Position numbers and translations under genes: made by a program. Source: an uncultured bacterium (GTDB lineage Bacteria > Oederibacteriota > PGYV01 > CAWJRG01). From it: a DNA stretch of 18,801 nt. Below the pieces are notes generated by a model. It did no database searches. It had not been told where the DNA came from and worked only from the letters and a program-made list of their open reading frames with translations. The DNA lies in NCBI GenBank assembly GCA_963845185.1, contig CAWJRG010000007.1, positions 1 through 18,801 of the forward strand. The letters are read 5' to 3'. This document shows, piece after piece, positions 1 to 9,072 of the stretch (position 1 is its first letter; the number at the start of each line of letters is the position of its first letter).

Positions 1-582
1 GGTGAGATGGGGAAGATACCGGAGGGGTGGAAAGCCGGGAAACTTAATGACCTCGCGGAAATCATTATGGGACAGTCGCCGGCAGGAGAATCGATGAATG
101 AAAATGGTGAAGGTTTGCCTTTTTATCAAGGAAATAGAGATTTTGGATTTCGACTTCCCACAAACAGAGTATTTAGCACGGAGGAAACAAGAATCGCAGA
201 AAAAGGAGATATTCTTGTAAGTGTACGAGCACCAGTTGGTAGTTTAAATGTGTCAAAAGAAAAATGTATACTTGGAAGAGGAGTAGGCGCAATTAGGAGT
301 GATTATAAAAGTTATATTTTTTATTTACTTAAAACGGGTGGTATTGATTGGTCATCCTATGAAGCTAATGGAACAGTTTTTGGTTCAATCAACAAACAAG
401 AACTGACGGAAAGCAAAATTTTGGTTCCCGGTAAGAATATTTTAAAGGCTTTTAATGATATGGCTAGTAATATTGATGGATTAATTGAAATTAATGAAAT
501 TCAAAATCAAACTCTTTCCCAGCTCCGCGACTCGCTTTTGCCGCGCTTGATGTCGGGAAAAATCTCATATAATTTGAGGTGA
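1..582 (+). CDS. hsdS: Type I restriction-modification specificity subunit, C-terminal half (5'-truncated by the window edge)
   Basis: Frame is open from base 1 (GEMGKIPEGW, typical of the HsdS central conserved region). It continues through a TRD (IIMGQSP...KGDILVSVRAPVG...LGRGVGAIR) to the conserved C-terminal helix LSQLRDSLLPRLMSG. hsdR lies downstream. Confidence 0.93.
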   Translation, partial: GEMGKIPEGWKAGKLNDLAEIIMGQSPAGESMNENGEGLPFYQGNRDFGFRLPTNRVFSTEETRIAEKGDILVSVRAPVGSLNVSKEKCILGRGVGAIRSDYKSYIFYLLKTGGIDWSSYEANGTVFGSINKQELTESKILVPGKNILKAFNDMASNIDGLIEINEIQNQTLSQLRDSLLPRLMSGKISYNLR

Positions 583-586
583 TAAT

Positions 587-3001
587 GTGAATACCGATAA
601 ATATCGTGAACAATTATTGAATTTAATACAGGAAAATAAAAAAATAACTAATAGAAATGAAGCTACGACTAGATTACATTTAATAGATAAACTTTTACAA
701 GATTGTTTGGGGTGGAAATCTATAGATATAAGCGCAGAGGAAAACTATGATAAAACCTATGCTGATTATGTGTTGTCCGTTGATGGTAGAAGATTTGCAA
801 TTTTAGAAGCAAAACGGGAAGGAATATATTTTGAATTACCTTTAGATCATGATGATATTGAATATTCGATAGAATATTTATGTAAAGATAACAAACAAAT
901 TAAAGAAGCACTTAAGCAAGTTATACAATATTGTAATGAAAGAGGAACAGAAGTTGGTATTGTTAGTAATGGTTGGCAAATAATTGCACTTATTGCAACC
1001 AGAAGTGATGGAATTTCACCTCTTGAAGGAAAAGCAATCATATTCGACTCTATTGAAAAAATGGAAACAAATTTTATTGATTTTTATAATTTATTGTCAA
1101 AAGAAGGCATTCAAAAAAAACGTCTTTTACATCGATTAATTGATAGCGCAAGCGATACTCTGCCATTTAAATTATCTGAACAAATTGTAGGTTATCCGGG
1201 AAAACAAACAAGAAATGAATTACAAACTGAACTAAAAATTCTTGCCGAGTTAGTAATTGAAGATATTTCGACTAATAAAGAAATACAGACAAATTTTATA
1301 AGAGAATGTTATATACCGACTGGGACATTAACAAACTATGCATTATTAAGCAAAAAAATTTTAATGAGTCGGTATGAAATGCTATTTGATGAAGAGCAAA
1401 AACAAACTGCAAAATCTATTTCTTCAAAAAATGAAACTTTTGGTCGGGAAATAATCGCAGAAAGTATCAGCAAACGACCTATTTTGCTAATAGGAGATGT
1501 TGGTGTTGGCAAGACGATGTTTATTAAAAATTTTATTTTCATAGCGGCAGGTGAAGTTACAAGAAATGCAATAACTCTATATATTGATTTAGGACAACAA
1601 GCAAATATTTCGGCTGATATACGCGAAGCAATTCTGGAAATAATAGATGATCAATTATTAAAAGAACATAAAATTGATATCAAAGAAAGAAATTTTGTAA
1701 GAGGGACATACAGAGAAGAAATAGCTAGATTTAAACAAAGTTATTTCTCTGATTTAAAGAAAATTGATGATAAAGAATTAGATAAACGAGAAATTAATTT
1801 TATCGATAGTCTTGTTAGAAATAAAGAAAAACATATCAAAACAAGCTTAGAACATATTTCCAGAAAAGAAAAAAAACAAATATTACTTTTTTTAGATAAT
1901 GCAGACCAACGGGAAGAAAGTACACAGCAAACTGTTTTTCTTATGGCGCAAGAATTTGCAAGTAGTTGGCCACTTGCAGTTTTTGTTTCTATTAGGCCTG
2001 AAACATATTATAGTTCAAAAAAACGAGGAGCGCTCAAAGCATATCATACAAAATCGTTTACAATATTACCCCCTGATATATATGATGTAATAAAGAAAAG
2101 ACTTGAATTTGCACTTAAAATTACGAAAGGAGAAATGCCTCTAAATTATCCCGCTGGTTTAAAACTTGAAACAAAAAATCTAGAAAACTATATAAATATA
2201 TTATTATATTCATTTGATCGTGATAAACAACTAATCGAATTTATTGTGAATATTTGTTCTGGAGATTTAAGATTCGCTTTAGATTTAATTAACATTTTTT
2301 TGGGTAGTGGTCATGTAAATGTTTCGAAGATTTTAAAAATATATGAACAACAAGGTTTTTATCAAGTCCCAATTCATGAATTTTTACGTGCAATAATTTT
2401 TGGTGATAATCTATATTATGATCCAAATACTTCTCCGGTACAAAATCTTATCGATATAAAAAGTTCTTCGAAGAATGAGCATTTTCTATTGCTTATATTA
2501 CTTGATTTTATTTATAGGTCAAAAAAGACCCCGGGTACAGAAGGGTATATTTCATCGAGTGAAATTTTCAGTTATTTACAAAATTGTGGTTATCGAGAAA
2601 AACAGGTTTCAGATGCAGTGCTATTAGCTATCAAATATGGATTAATTCAAGGCAAAATCAAAGAAACAAATATAATTTCAATTCCAGAGACTTTGTGTAT
2701 AACAACTTCAGGAGCTTACCATTTTTTAAAATTAATTAAATTATTTATATATTTAGACGCTATTATAGTTGATACACCCATCCTTGATGATCAATTAAGG
2801 GCTTCATTGCAATCTAGTATTATAAATCATGATATTTTTAATAGACTTGAAAATTGTAGAAAGATAATAAGCTATTTAGATTCCTGTTGGAATGAAATCA
2901 ATGAGAATAAAATTGCGTTTAGGTGGAAAGAATATTCTTCAGTAATTTTAGAAGATATAAGATCTATTGAAGAAAGAGCAAGAAGAAAGCATGATATATA
3001 G
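587..3001 (+). CDS. Putative anti-phage nuclease-ATPase: HsdR_N-like PD-(D/E)xK nuclease + P-loop (AAA+/STAND-like) ATPase + probable C-terminal winged helix
   Basis: 804-aa ORF, GTG start, GAGGT SD overlapping the hsdS stop. The N-terminus NEATTR..LGW..YADYVL..ILEAKR..QVIQY..VSNG resembles HsdR N-terminal nuclease domains. Walker A is GDVGVGKT (1493-1516), Walker B is ILLFLDNADQ, followed by VFVSIR and SGDLRFAL motifs. Strongly AT-rich relative to most of hsdR. Confidence 0.75.
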   Translation: MNTDKYREQLLNLIQENKKITNRNEATTRLHLIDKLLQDCLGWKSIDISAEENYDKTYADYVLSVDGRRFAILEAKREGIYFELPLDHDDIEYSIEYLCKDNKQIKEALKQVIQYCNERGTEVGIVSNGWQIIALIATRSDGISPLEGKAIIFDSIEKMETNFIDFYNLLSKEGIQKKRLLHRLIDSASDTLPFKLSEQIVGYPGKQTRNELQTELKILAELVIEDISTNKEIQTNFIRECYIPTGTLTNYALLSKKILMSRYEMLFDEEQKQTAKSISSKNETFGREIIAESISKRPILLIGDVGVGKTMFIKNFIFIAAGEVTRNAITLYIDLGQQANISADIREAILEIIDDQLLKEHKIDIKERNFVRGTYREEIARFKQSYFSDLKKIDDKELDKREINFIDSLVRNKEKHIKTSLEHISRKEKKQILLFLDNADQREESTQQTVFLMAQEFASSWPLAVFVSIRPETYYSSKKRGALKAYHTKSFTILPPDIYDVIKKRLEFALKITKGEMPLNYPAGLKLETKNLENYINILLYSFDRDKQLIEFIVNICSGDLRFALDLINIFLGSGHVNVSKILKIYEQQGFYQVPIHEFLRAIIFGDNLYYDPNTSPVQNLIDIKSSSKNEHFLLLILLDFIYRSKKTPGTEGYISSSEIFSYLQNCGYREKQVSDAVLLAIKYGLIQGKIKETNIISIPETLCITTSGAYHFLKLIKLFIYLDAIIVDTPILDDQLRASLQSSIINHDIFNRLENCRKIISYLDSCWNEINENKIAFRWKEYSSVILEDIRSIEERARRKHDI

Positions 3002-3077
3002 AAACGATAAAAAGGATTACTGCGAAAAATGAATGAAGATGGTATAGAATTGATAGCACTAGAATTAATCAATACAA

Positions 3078-3110
3078 CCCTCATCTTGACCTTCTACTAT
3101 AAGGAGAAAG
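3078..3110 (+). repeat. Degenerate copy of the CCCTCA/hairpin repeat; its right arm contains the hsdR Shine-Dalgarno (AAGGAG, 3101-3106)
   Basis: CCCTCATCTTGACCTTCTACTATAAGGAGAAAG aligns with CCCTCATCCTCGTTCCTTCTCCCAGAGGGAGAAGG at 3980-4014. Confidence 0.55.
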
Positions 3111-3118
3111 ACGATTAG

Positions 3119-6100
3119 ATGATTGAAGACCAGATTGAACAAACTGCTTTAGAGATGCTTGGGAAAATTGGGTTTGAAACTTTATTTGGACCTTCTATTG
3201 CCTTTGACGGCGAAACGCCGGAACGTGAGGATTATGCGCAGGTAATACTTAAAGGTCGGTTAGAGAAAGCTATAAAAGCCTTAAACAAAAGCCTGCCTGA
3301 TAGCTGCGTTCAGGAAGTCATTAAAAAAATTCAGTCCTTCTCAAGCCCTGACCTTATTGTCAACAACGAGCAATTCCACAAATACCTTTTTGACGGGGTG
3401 GGAGTGGAATATAAGAAAAAAGACGGGGAAATAAAACACGACATAGCCCGGATAATAGACTTTGACAATGTAGAAAACAATGATTTCCTCGCTGTAAACC
3501 AGTTCAAAATAATAGAAAACCGCGAGAACAGGAGGCCGGACATAGTCATATTCATAAACGGCCTGCCTATCGGCATCATAGAGCTTAAAAATCCTGATAA
3601 TCCAAACGCGGATATACAGGACGCTTTCCACCAGTTGCAGACCTATAAACAATGCATACCATCCATATTCCAGTACAACGAAATCCTCATCATTTCCGAC
3701 GGCAATGAGGCGCGGGCAGGCACGATAACATCTGACTGGGAGCGGTTTATGCCGTGGAAGACCATAGACGGCGAGAAGATTATCGAAAAAGAGCCGCAAA
3801 TGAGAGTGCTTATAGAGGGCATGCTGAATAAAAAAGTGCTGCTTGACCTCATACATCATTTTATCGTGTTTGAAAAAACCAAAAGCGAGACGCTAAAGAA
3901 ACTCGCGGCGTATCACCAATATTTTGCCGTAAACAAAGCAGTGGAAGCGACATTACGAGCTAAGGGTTATACGGCAAAACCCTCATCCTCGTTCCTTCTC
4001 CCAGAGGGAGAAGGAAGTATGCCCTCATCCCTAAATCACCAATACCAATTGGAAAGGGGAAAAGAAGAGGAGAGAGCTGACGGAAGTATACCCTCAACCC
4101 CGGCCCTTCTCCCAGAGAGAGAAGGGTGGCTTGTGGCTGAGGACAATTATCGAGGCGGGTTTTACTTTTCAGGGCTTATAAAAGAAGCGAGGGAACTCAG
4201 GAAAAAACAAACTAAGGCTGAAGAATTTCTATGGGAAATACTAAGAAACAAGAAATTTATGGGATTGAAATTCCGGCGTCAGCACCAGATAGGCAAATAC
4301 ATAGCGGATTTTTATTGTGATGAAAAAAAGCTTATTATTGAACTTGACGGCGGGGTACATGGAACTGAAAAACAAAAGAAACATGATAAAACGAGAGACA
4401 AGTATTTAACTACGCTTGGAAACAAAGTAATCCGGTTTTCGAATCATGCCGTTTTTGATAATACAGAAGGGGTATTGAATTCTATAGTTGCATACGTAAA
4501 TCCCTCACCCCTTCACCCCTCTCCCATTGGGAGAGGGGCAGGGGGTGAGGGTAACGTAGATCACCGTATAGGCGTGATTTGGCATACTCAAGGTTCAGGG
4601 AAATCATTATCAATGGTTTTCTATACAGGCAAGATAGTCAGCATAATGGATAACCCTACAATAGTTATGCTCACCGACCGCAATGACCTCGACGACCAGC
4701 TATTCGGCACATTCGGCAACTGCAAGGAAACTCTACGGCAGACGCCTGTGCAGGCTGATGACAGGCAGGATTTGCAGGACAAGCTGAAAGTAGCCTCGGG
4801 CGGCATCATATTCACCACAATACAAAAGTTCTTTCCTGAGAACAAGGGCGAAAAATACCCCATGCTTTCAGAGAGGTCAAACATCATAGTCATAGCCGAC
4901 GAGGCGCACAGGAGCCAGTATGATTTCATAGACGGGTTTGCCCGGCACATGCGCGACGCGCTGCCGAACGCTTCTTTCATGGGGTTCACAGGCACGCCCA
5001 TAGAGAAAAAAGACAAGAACACAAAGGCTGTGTTCGGCGACTACATAGACATATACGACATAGAGCAGGCAGTGCATGACGGCGCGACAGTAAAAATATA
5101 TTACGAGAGCAGGATAGCCAGGATAAAACTAAAGGAAAGCGAAAAGCCGAAGATTGACCCGCAGTTTGAGGAAGTCACTGAAGGCGAGGAAACCGAGTTT
5201 AAGGAAAAATTAAAATCAAAATGGGCAAGGGTAGAGGCGCTGGTGGGAGCTGGCGAGAGGGTAAAGCAGATAACGGCTGACTTTATAAGCCATGTGGAAA
5301 AGCGGTTCGCGGCTTTTGACGGCAAGGCAATGTTTGTGTGCATGAGCAGGAGGATATGCGTGGACGTGTACAACGAGATAGCGCGCCTGAGGCCGGACTG
5401 GTGCGATGACGGCGACGATAAAGGCATGGTAAAAGTAATCATGACCGGCTCCGCTACAGACCCGGCTGACTGGCAAAAGCATGTGAGGACAAAAGAAAGA
5501 AGGCGGGAGCTCGCGAACAGGATGAAGGACCCTGCTGACCCGATAAAAATAGCCATAGTAAGGGATATGTGGCTCACGGGATTTGACGCGCCGTGCCTGT
5601 CCACCATGTACATAGACAAGCCAATGCAGGGGCACGGGCTCATGCAGGCAATAGCGAGGGTAAACAGGGTGTTTAAGGATAAAAAAGGCGGCATGATAGT
5701 GGACTATATAGGCATCGCGGACAGCCTGAAAAACGCGCTGGCTGACTATACCGAGGGCGATAAAAAGAACATAAAGCTCGATACGCAGGAAGCTGTGTAT
5801 GCTTTTGTAAAAGAGTTTGAGGTAACACGGGATATGTTTCACGGGTTCGACTATAATAAGCGGCTTGCCGGCGCGTCCATGAACGACAGGCTGAAGGCGC
5901 AGATACAAGGAGCGGATTTTATAGCAGGGACAGACAAGAAGGACGATTTCCGCGGGCATGTGGTGCGGCTGAACCAGGCATACGCGCTCGTGCCTACGTG
6001 CGACGAGGCGATAAAAGCGACGCCCGACATAGCTTATTTCCAGCAGGTAAAGACGCGCCTGGACAAGCTAAGGGAAGCGACAAAAAAAGACAGGAACGAG

Positions 6101-6751
6101 ATGGATACCGCGATAAAACAAATAGTGTCCGGGGCAGTGGCGTCGGACGAGGTCATAGACGTATTCGGCGCGGTGGGGCTGAAGAAGCCGGACATATCCA
6201 TATTTTCCGAACAGTTCCTCGCCGAGATACGGGGCATGGAGTACAGGAGCCTGGCCGCGGAGGTGCTCCGCAAGCTTTTAAGCGACGAGATAAAAAAATA
6301 TGAAAAGACAAACCTTGTAAAGGCAAGGTCGTTCCGGGAAATGCTCGAGGCTGCCGTCATAAAACTGCAAAAAAAGGCGATAGAAACAGCCGAGGTAATA
6401 GAGGAGCTCATAAAGCTTGCCAGGGAAATGCAAAAGGAGCAGGCAAGGGGCGGGACACTCGGGCTGGATGAAAAAGAGACCGCCTTTTACGACGCTGTGA
6501 CAAGCAATGAGTCAGCGGTGCGGGAGATGAAGGACGATACCCTGAAGCAGATAGCCCGCGAGCTGGTAAAGACGGTGAAAGAAAACGCCAAGGTGGACTG
6601 GAACATAAGGGATAATGTTCGGGCGCAGATGAGGGTGTCTGTCAGGAGGCTCCTGCGCAAGTATGACTACCCGCCGGACGCGGCAGAGCTGGCAGTGGAG
6701 ATAGTGCTGGAGCAGGCCGCGCTCATGGGCGAGGGGATGGCGGGGGCGTGA
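3119..6751 (+). CDS. hsdR: Type I restriction enzyme R subunit (nuclease + SF2 translocase) with an in-frame DUF559 endonuclease insertion
   Basis: Nuclease motifs [21 protein letters not shown] and QLQTY. Helicase motifs [30 protein letters not shown] and [11 protein letters not shown]3387-like C-terminus ([29 protein letters not shown]). Confidence 0.96.
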   Translation: MIEDQIEQTALEMLGKIGFETLFGPSIAFDGETPEREDYAQVILKGRLEKAIKALNKSLPDSCVQEVIKKIQSFSSPDLIVNNEQFHKYLFDGVGVEYKKKDGEIKHDIARIIDFDNVENNDFLAVNQFKIIENRENRRPDIVIFINGLPIGIIELKNPDNPNADIQDAFHQLQTYKQCIPSIFQYNEILIISDGNEARAGTITSDWERFMPWKTIDGEKIIEKEPQMRVLIEGMLNKKVLLDLIHHFIVFEKTKSETLKKLAAYHQYFAVNKAVEATLRAKGYTAKPSSSFLLPEGEGSMPSSLNHQYQLERGKEEERADGSIPSTPALLPEREGWLVAEDNYRGGFYFSGLIKEARELRKKQTKAEEFLWEILRNKKFMGLKFRRQHQIGKYIADFYCDEKKLIIELDGGVHGTEKQKKHDKTRDKYLTTLGNKVIRFSNHAVFDNTEGVLNSIVAYVNPSPLHPSPIGRGAGGEGNVDHRIGVIWHTQGSGKSLSMVFYTGKIVSIMDNPTIVMLTDRNDLDDQLFGTFGNCKETLRQTPVQADDRQDLQDKLKVASGGIIFTTIQKFFPENKGEKYPMLSERSNIIVIADEAHRSQYDFIDGFARHMRDALPNASFMGFTGTPIEKKDKNTKAVFGDYIDIYDIEQAVHDGATVKIYYESRIARIKLKESEKPKIDPQFEEVTEGEETEFKEKLKSKWARVEALVGAGERVKQITADFISHVEKRFAAFDGKAMFVCMSRRICVDVYNEIARLRPDWCDDGDDKGMVKVIMTGSATDPADWQKHVRTKERRRELANRMKDPADPIKIAIVRDMWLTGFDAPCLSTMYIDKPMQGHGLMQAIARVNRVFKDKKGGMIVDYIGIADSLKNALADYTEGDKKNIKLDTQEAVYAFVKEFEVTRDMFHGFDYNKRLAGASMNDRLKAQIQGADFIAGTDKKDDFRGHVVRLNQAYALVPTCDEAIKATPDIAYFQQVKTRLDKLREATKKDRNEMDTAIKQIVSGAVASDEVIDVFGAVGLKKPDISIFSEQFLAEIRGMEYRSLAAEVLRKLLSDEIKKYEKTNLVKARSFREMLEAAVIKLQKKAIETAEVIEELIKLAREMQKEQARGGTLGLDEKETAFYDAVTSNESAVREMKDDTLKQIARELVKTVKENAKVDWNIRDNVRAQMRVSVRRLLRKYDYPPDAAELAVEIVLEQAALMGEGMAGA
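3980..4016 (+). repeat. REP-like hairpin repeat unit 1
   Basis: CCCTCATCC leader, then a perfect 11-bp stem TTCCTTCTCCC (3992-4002) / AGA loop / GGGAGAAGGAA (4006-4016). Confidence 0.85.
4082..4126 (+). repeat. REP-like hairpin repeat unit (a partial unit also starts at 4013-4031)
   Basis: GGAAGTATACCCTCAACCC (4082-4100) repeats GGAAGTATGCCCTCATCCC (4013-4031). The stem CCCTTCTCCC (4104-4113) / AGA / GAGAGAAGGG (4117-4126) has one mismatch. Confidence 0.8.
4502..4551. repeat. REP-like double-stem hairpin at the right end of the DUF559 insertion
   Basis: Outer stem CCCTCACCCC (4502-4511) pairs with GGGGTGAGGG (4542-4551). Inner stem is CCCCTCTCCC (4516-4525) / ATT / GGGAGAGGGG (4529-4538). 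It reads as the repeat consensus on both strands and encodes [17 protein letters not shown]. Confidence 0.9.
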
Positions 6752-6961
6752 AGGCAGAGGGTTGGCAAGGGCGGAAGAGCGGAGGGATGGCAAAGGCAAA
6801 AGACAGGGGCAAGGCAGCTCAACAGAAAGCTCAAGAGTTCAAAAGCTCAACGACGAAAGGGGAAAAGGAATAGAATGGAAGAGCAGAGGAATTTAGGGAC
6901 ACTTCGCGGAAGAGTTGAACATTAGAAAGTTGAAAGTAGATTAAAAACAAAAGAATGTAGC

Positions 6962-8305
6962 TTACAATCCAGGAAAACCCGGAAATTGCATTCCGGGCAT
7001 GGGGCCGCCGTGGTGGCGTTTGCCGGCCTGTTTCATCATTTTTTTTACCTGGTCAAATTGCTTCAATAATTTATTTACCCTTTCAATACTTACCCCGCTG
7101 CCTTTCGCTATGCGTTTTTTTCTGCTTGATTCGATAATCTCGGGGTGATTTCTTTCCTTTGGAGTCATTGAGAGAATAATTGCCTCTATATGTTTCATTT
7201 CCTTTTCGTCAAAATTCATGTTTGACAGGCCCATGCTTCCCGCGCCTGGAAGCATTTTCAATATTTCATCCATGGGCCCGAGGTTTTTCATTGCCTGCAT
7301 CTGCTTTAAAAAATCATCAAGCGTAAAAGAAGCTTTCCTGAATTTTTCCTCTGCCTTTTTTGCATCTTCTACAGAAATGTTTTTCTGGACTTTCTCAACA
7401 AGGGAAACCACATCGCCCATATCGAGCATCCTTGAGGCAATCCTTTCGGGGTAAAAATTCTCGAACTTGTCTATTTTTTCACCGGTGCCGATGAATTTTA
7501 TCGGAACGTTTACCGTGTATTTCATGGACAGGGCAGCGCCGCCGCGTGCGTCGCCGTCTGTTTTTGTGAGTATTATGCCAGTGATACTTACAGCCTCGTT
7601 GAAATTCGCCGCTACGTTTACGGATTCCTGGCCGAGCATTGAGTCAGCGACGAGCAAAATGTCGGTAAACGGGATTATTTCCCTTATTTTTTTAATTTCG
7701 GACATCATTGTCTCGTCCACGTGCAGGCGGCCGGCAGTGTCAAAAATGCCTGCGTCGTAATTCTTATTGTTAATCTCAGCAAAGGCGTTTTTCGATATTT
7801 TTACAGCGTCGTCGTGTGCTTCGGTGTAAAAAGAAGCGTCGGCTGATCCCGCAAGTTTTTTCAGCTGTTCTTTTGCAGCAGGCCTGTAAGTGTCTGCGCC
7901 AACGAGCATTATTTTGTTTATGTTTTTTTCGTCTTTTAAAAATTTCGCGAGTTTGGCAGCGGCCGTTGTCTTGCCGGAACCCTGAAGCCCGACGAGCATT
8001 ATCAGGACAGGGGATTTTGTGAGGTTAAGGCTTGAACTTTTGTCGCCCAGGAATTTTACCAGCTCGTCATGCACGATTTTTATAAACTTCTTGTCTGGCG
8101 ACAGGGATTTTAAAACCTCTTCACCGAGCGCCTTTGTTTTGACATCGTCGATGAAATTTTTAACGACTTTATAATTTACATCGGATTCAAGCAGTGACAT
8201 GCGGATATCCTTAATGGCGTCCTCGATATTTTTTTCGGATATTACGCCTGCACCTGTTATTTTCCTGATTATGCCTGTGAGTTTTGATGAGACAGAGTCA
8301 AACAT
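6962..8305 (-). CDS. ffh: Signal recognition particle protein Ffh (SRP54)
   Basis: SRP GTPase motifs GLQGSGKTT, DTYRPAA, DTAGR and TKTDGDARGG, plus a Met-rich M domain (FTLDDFLKQM..MLPG..SRKKRIAKGSG). Start moved to the ATG at 8305 (MFDSVSSKL), with an AGAAAGGT SD at 8311-8318. Confidence 0.97.
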   Translation of the reverse strand: MFDSVSSKLTGIIRKITGAGVISEKNIEDAIKDIRMSLLESDVNYKVVKNFIDDVKTKALGEEVLKSLSPDKKFIKIVHDELVKFLGDKSSSLNLTKSPVLIMLVGLQGSGKTTAAAKLAKFLKDEKNINKIMLVGADTYRPAAKEQLKKLAGSADASFYTEAHDDAVKISKNAFAEINNKNYDAGIFDTAGRLHVDETMMSEIKKIREIIPFTDILLVADSMLGQESVNVAANFNEAVSITGIILTKTDGDARGGAALSMKYTVNVPIKFIGTGEKIDKFENFYPERIASRMLDMGDVVSLVEKVQKNISVEDAKKAEEKFRKASFTLDDFLKQMQAMKNLGPMDEILKMLPGAGSMGLSNMNFDEKEMKHIEAIILSMTPKERNHPEIIESSRKKRIAKGSGVSIERVNKLLKQFDQVKKMMKQAGKRHHGGPMPGMQFPGFPGL

Positions 8306-8388
8306 TAAAAACCTTTCTGATCCAAAAACAGTGGTAAGGGGCATGGGGTAAGTGGAAAGTAAAGATTACCACGCAGTCCATTGGATTA

Positions 8389-9063
8389 TTAATTTCCCCG
8401 GCAGTTTTTTACGGAATTCCTTAATTCTTTTATTGCTTTTTTAGGGTCAGGGCTGCCGAATATTGCATTACCCGCAACGAGCACATCCGCGCCTTCACTG
8501 CACGCAAGCGGCGCAGTGTATTTGTTTATGCCGCCGTCTATTTCTATAAGGCAGGAAAGCCTATTTTTATCAATGATTTCGCGCAGTTTTTTGATTTTGG
8601 GCAGTGCTCCGGGCATGAATTTCTGGCCTCCTAACCCCGGTTCTACGCTCATTATCAGCAATATATCAAGTTCCGGCACAAAGTCCAGAATTTTAGCAAC
8701 AGGGGTGGCAGGCTTGATCGATAATCCGGCTTTTTTGCCTGCGGATTTTATGTACCTGATGATTTTGCTGACATCCTTTGCAGCTTCGTAGTGCACTGTT
8801 ACTATGTCGGCGCCGGCGTTGAGGAAATTATCAAGCTGTTTTTCCGGTTTTGCTATCATGAGATGCGCGTCAAACGGTATTCTGGTCAATGGCCGCAGTG
8901 ATTTTATTATTTCAGCGCCGAAAGTCATATTTTTTACAAAATTACCATCCATTATGTCGAGGTGGATGAAATCAACCTTTGCGGCTGTGAGAAGTTTCAT
9001 TGTTTTGTCAAAGCATGAAAAGTCAGAGTTAAGTATGGAAGGAGACAGCATTATTTTTTTCAT
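8389..9063 (-). CDS. rpe: Ribulose-phosphate 3-epimerase
   Basis: Motifs SPSILNSDF, HLDIMDGNFVKNMTFG, DAHLMI, MSVEPGLGGQKF, IEIDGGIN and VLVAGNAIF. Confidence 0.97.
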   Translation of the reverse strand: MKKIMLSPSILNSDFSCFDKTMKLLTAAKVDFIHLDIMDGNFVKNMTFGAEIIKSLRPLTRIPFDAHLMIAKPEKQLDNFLNAGADIVTVHYEAAKDVSKIIRYIKSAGKKAGLSIKPATPVAKILDFVPELDILLIMSVEPGLGGQKFMPGALPKIKKLREIIDKNRLSCLIEIDGGINKYTAPLACSEGADVLVAGNAIFGSPDPKKAIKELRNSVKNCRGN

Positions 9064-9072
9064 ATTTATATT

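Larger units (their letters stand above)
3962..4558 (+). mobile_element. In-frame insertion in hsdR: DUF559 (Vsr-like) endonuclease domain flanked by palindromic repeats; boundaries approximate
   Basis: About 199 extra codons lie between Hsd[18 protein letters not shown] and [16 protein letters not shown]. They include [77 protein letters not shown] (~4175-4490, DUF559 signature). GC-rich hairpin repeats flank both sides, and the core is more AT-rich than flanking hsdR. Confidence 0.75.

Noticed and set aside
3980..4126. CRISPR array
   Set aside because: Units are few, degenerate, irregularly spaced and inside a coding frame. No cas genes are in the window.
3962..4558. Intein in HsdR
   Set aside because: No N-terminal Cys/Ser block A and no C-terminal His-Asn followed by Cys/Ser/Thr. 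The nuclease is DUF559-like, not LAGLIDADG or HNH.
3331..6799. Antisense and alternate-frame ORFs within hsdR (e.g. 5216-5959, 5101-5694, 5998-6303)
   Set aside because: They overlap a well-supported gene and have no recognisable protein features.
8306..8344. 13-codon N-terminal extension of Ffh in the ORF track
   Set aside because: Ffh homologues begin MF(D/E)xL, and an SD precedes the ATG at 8305.
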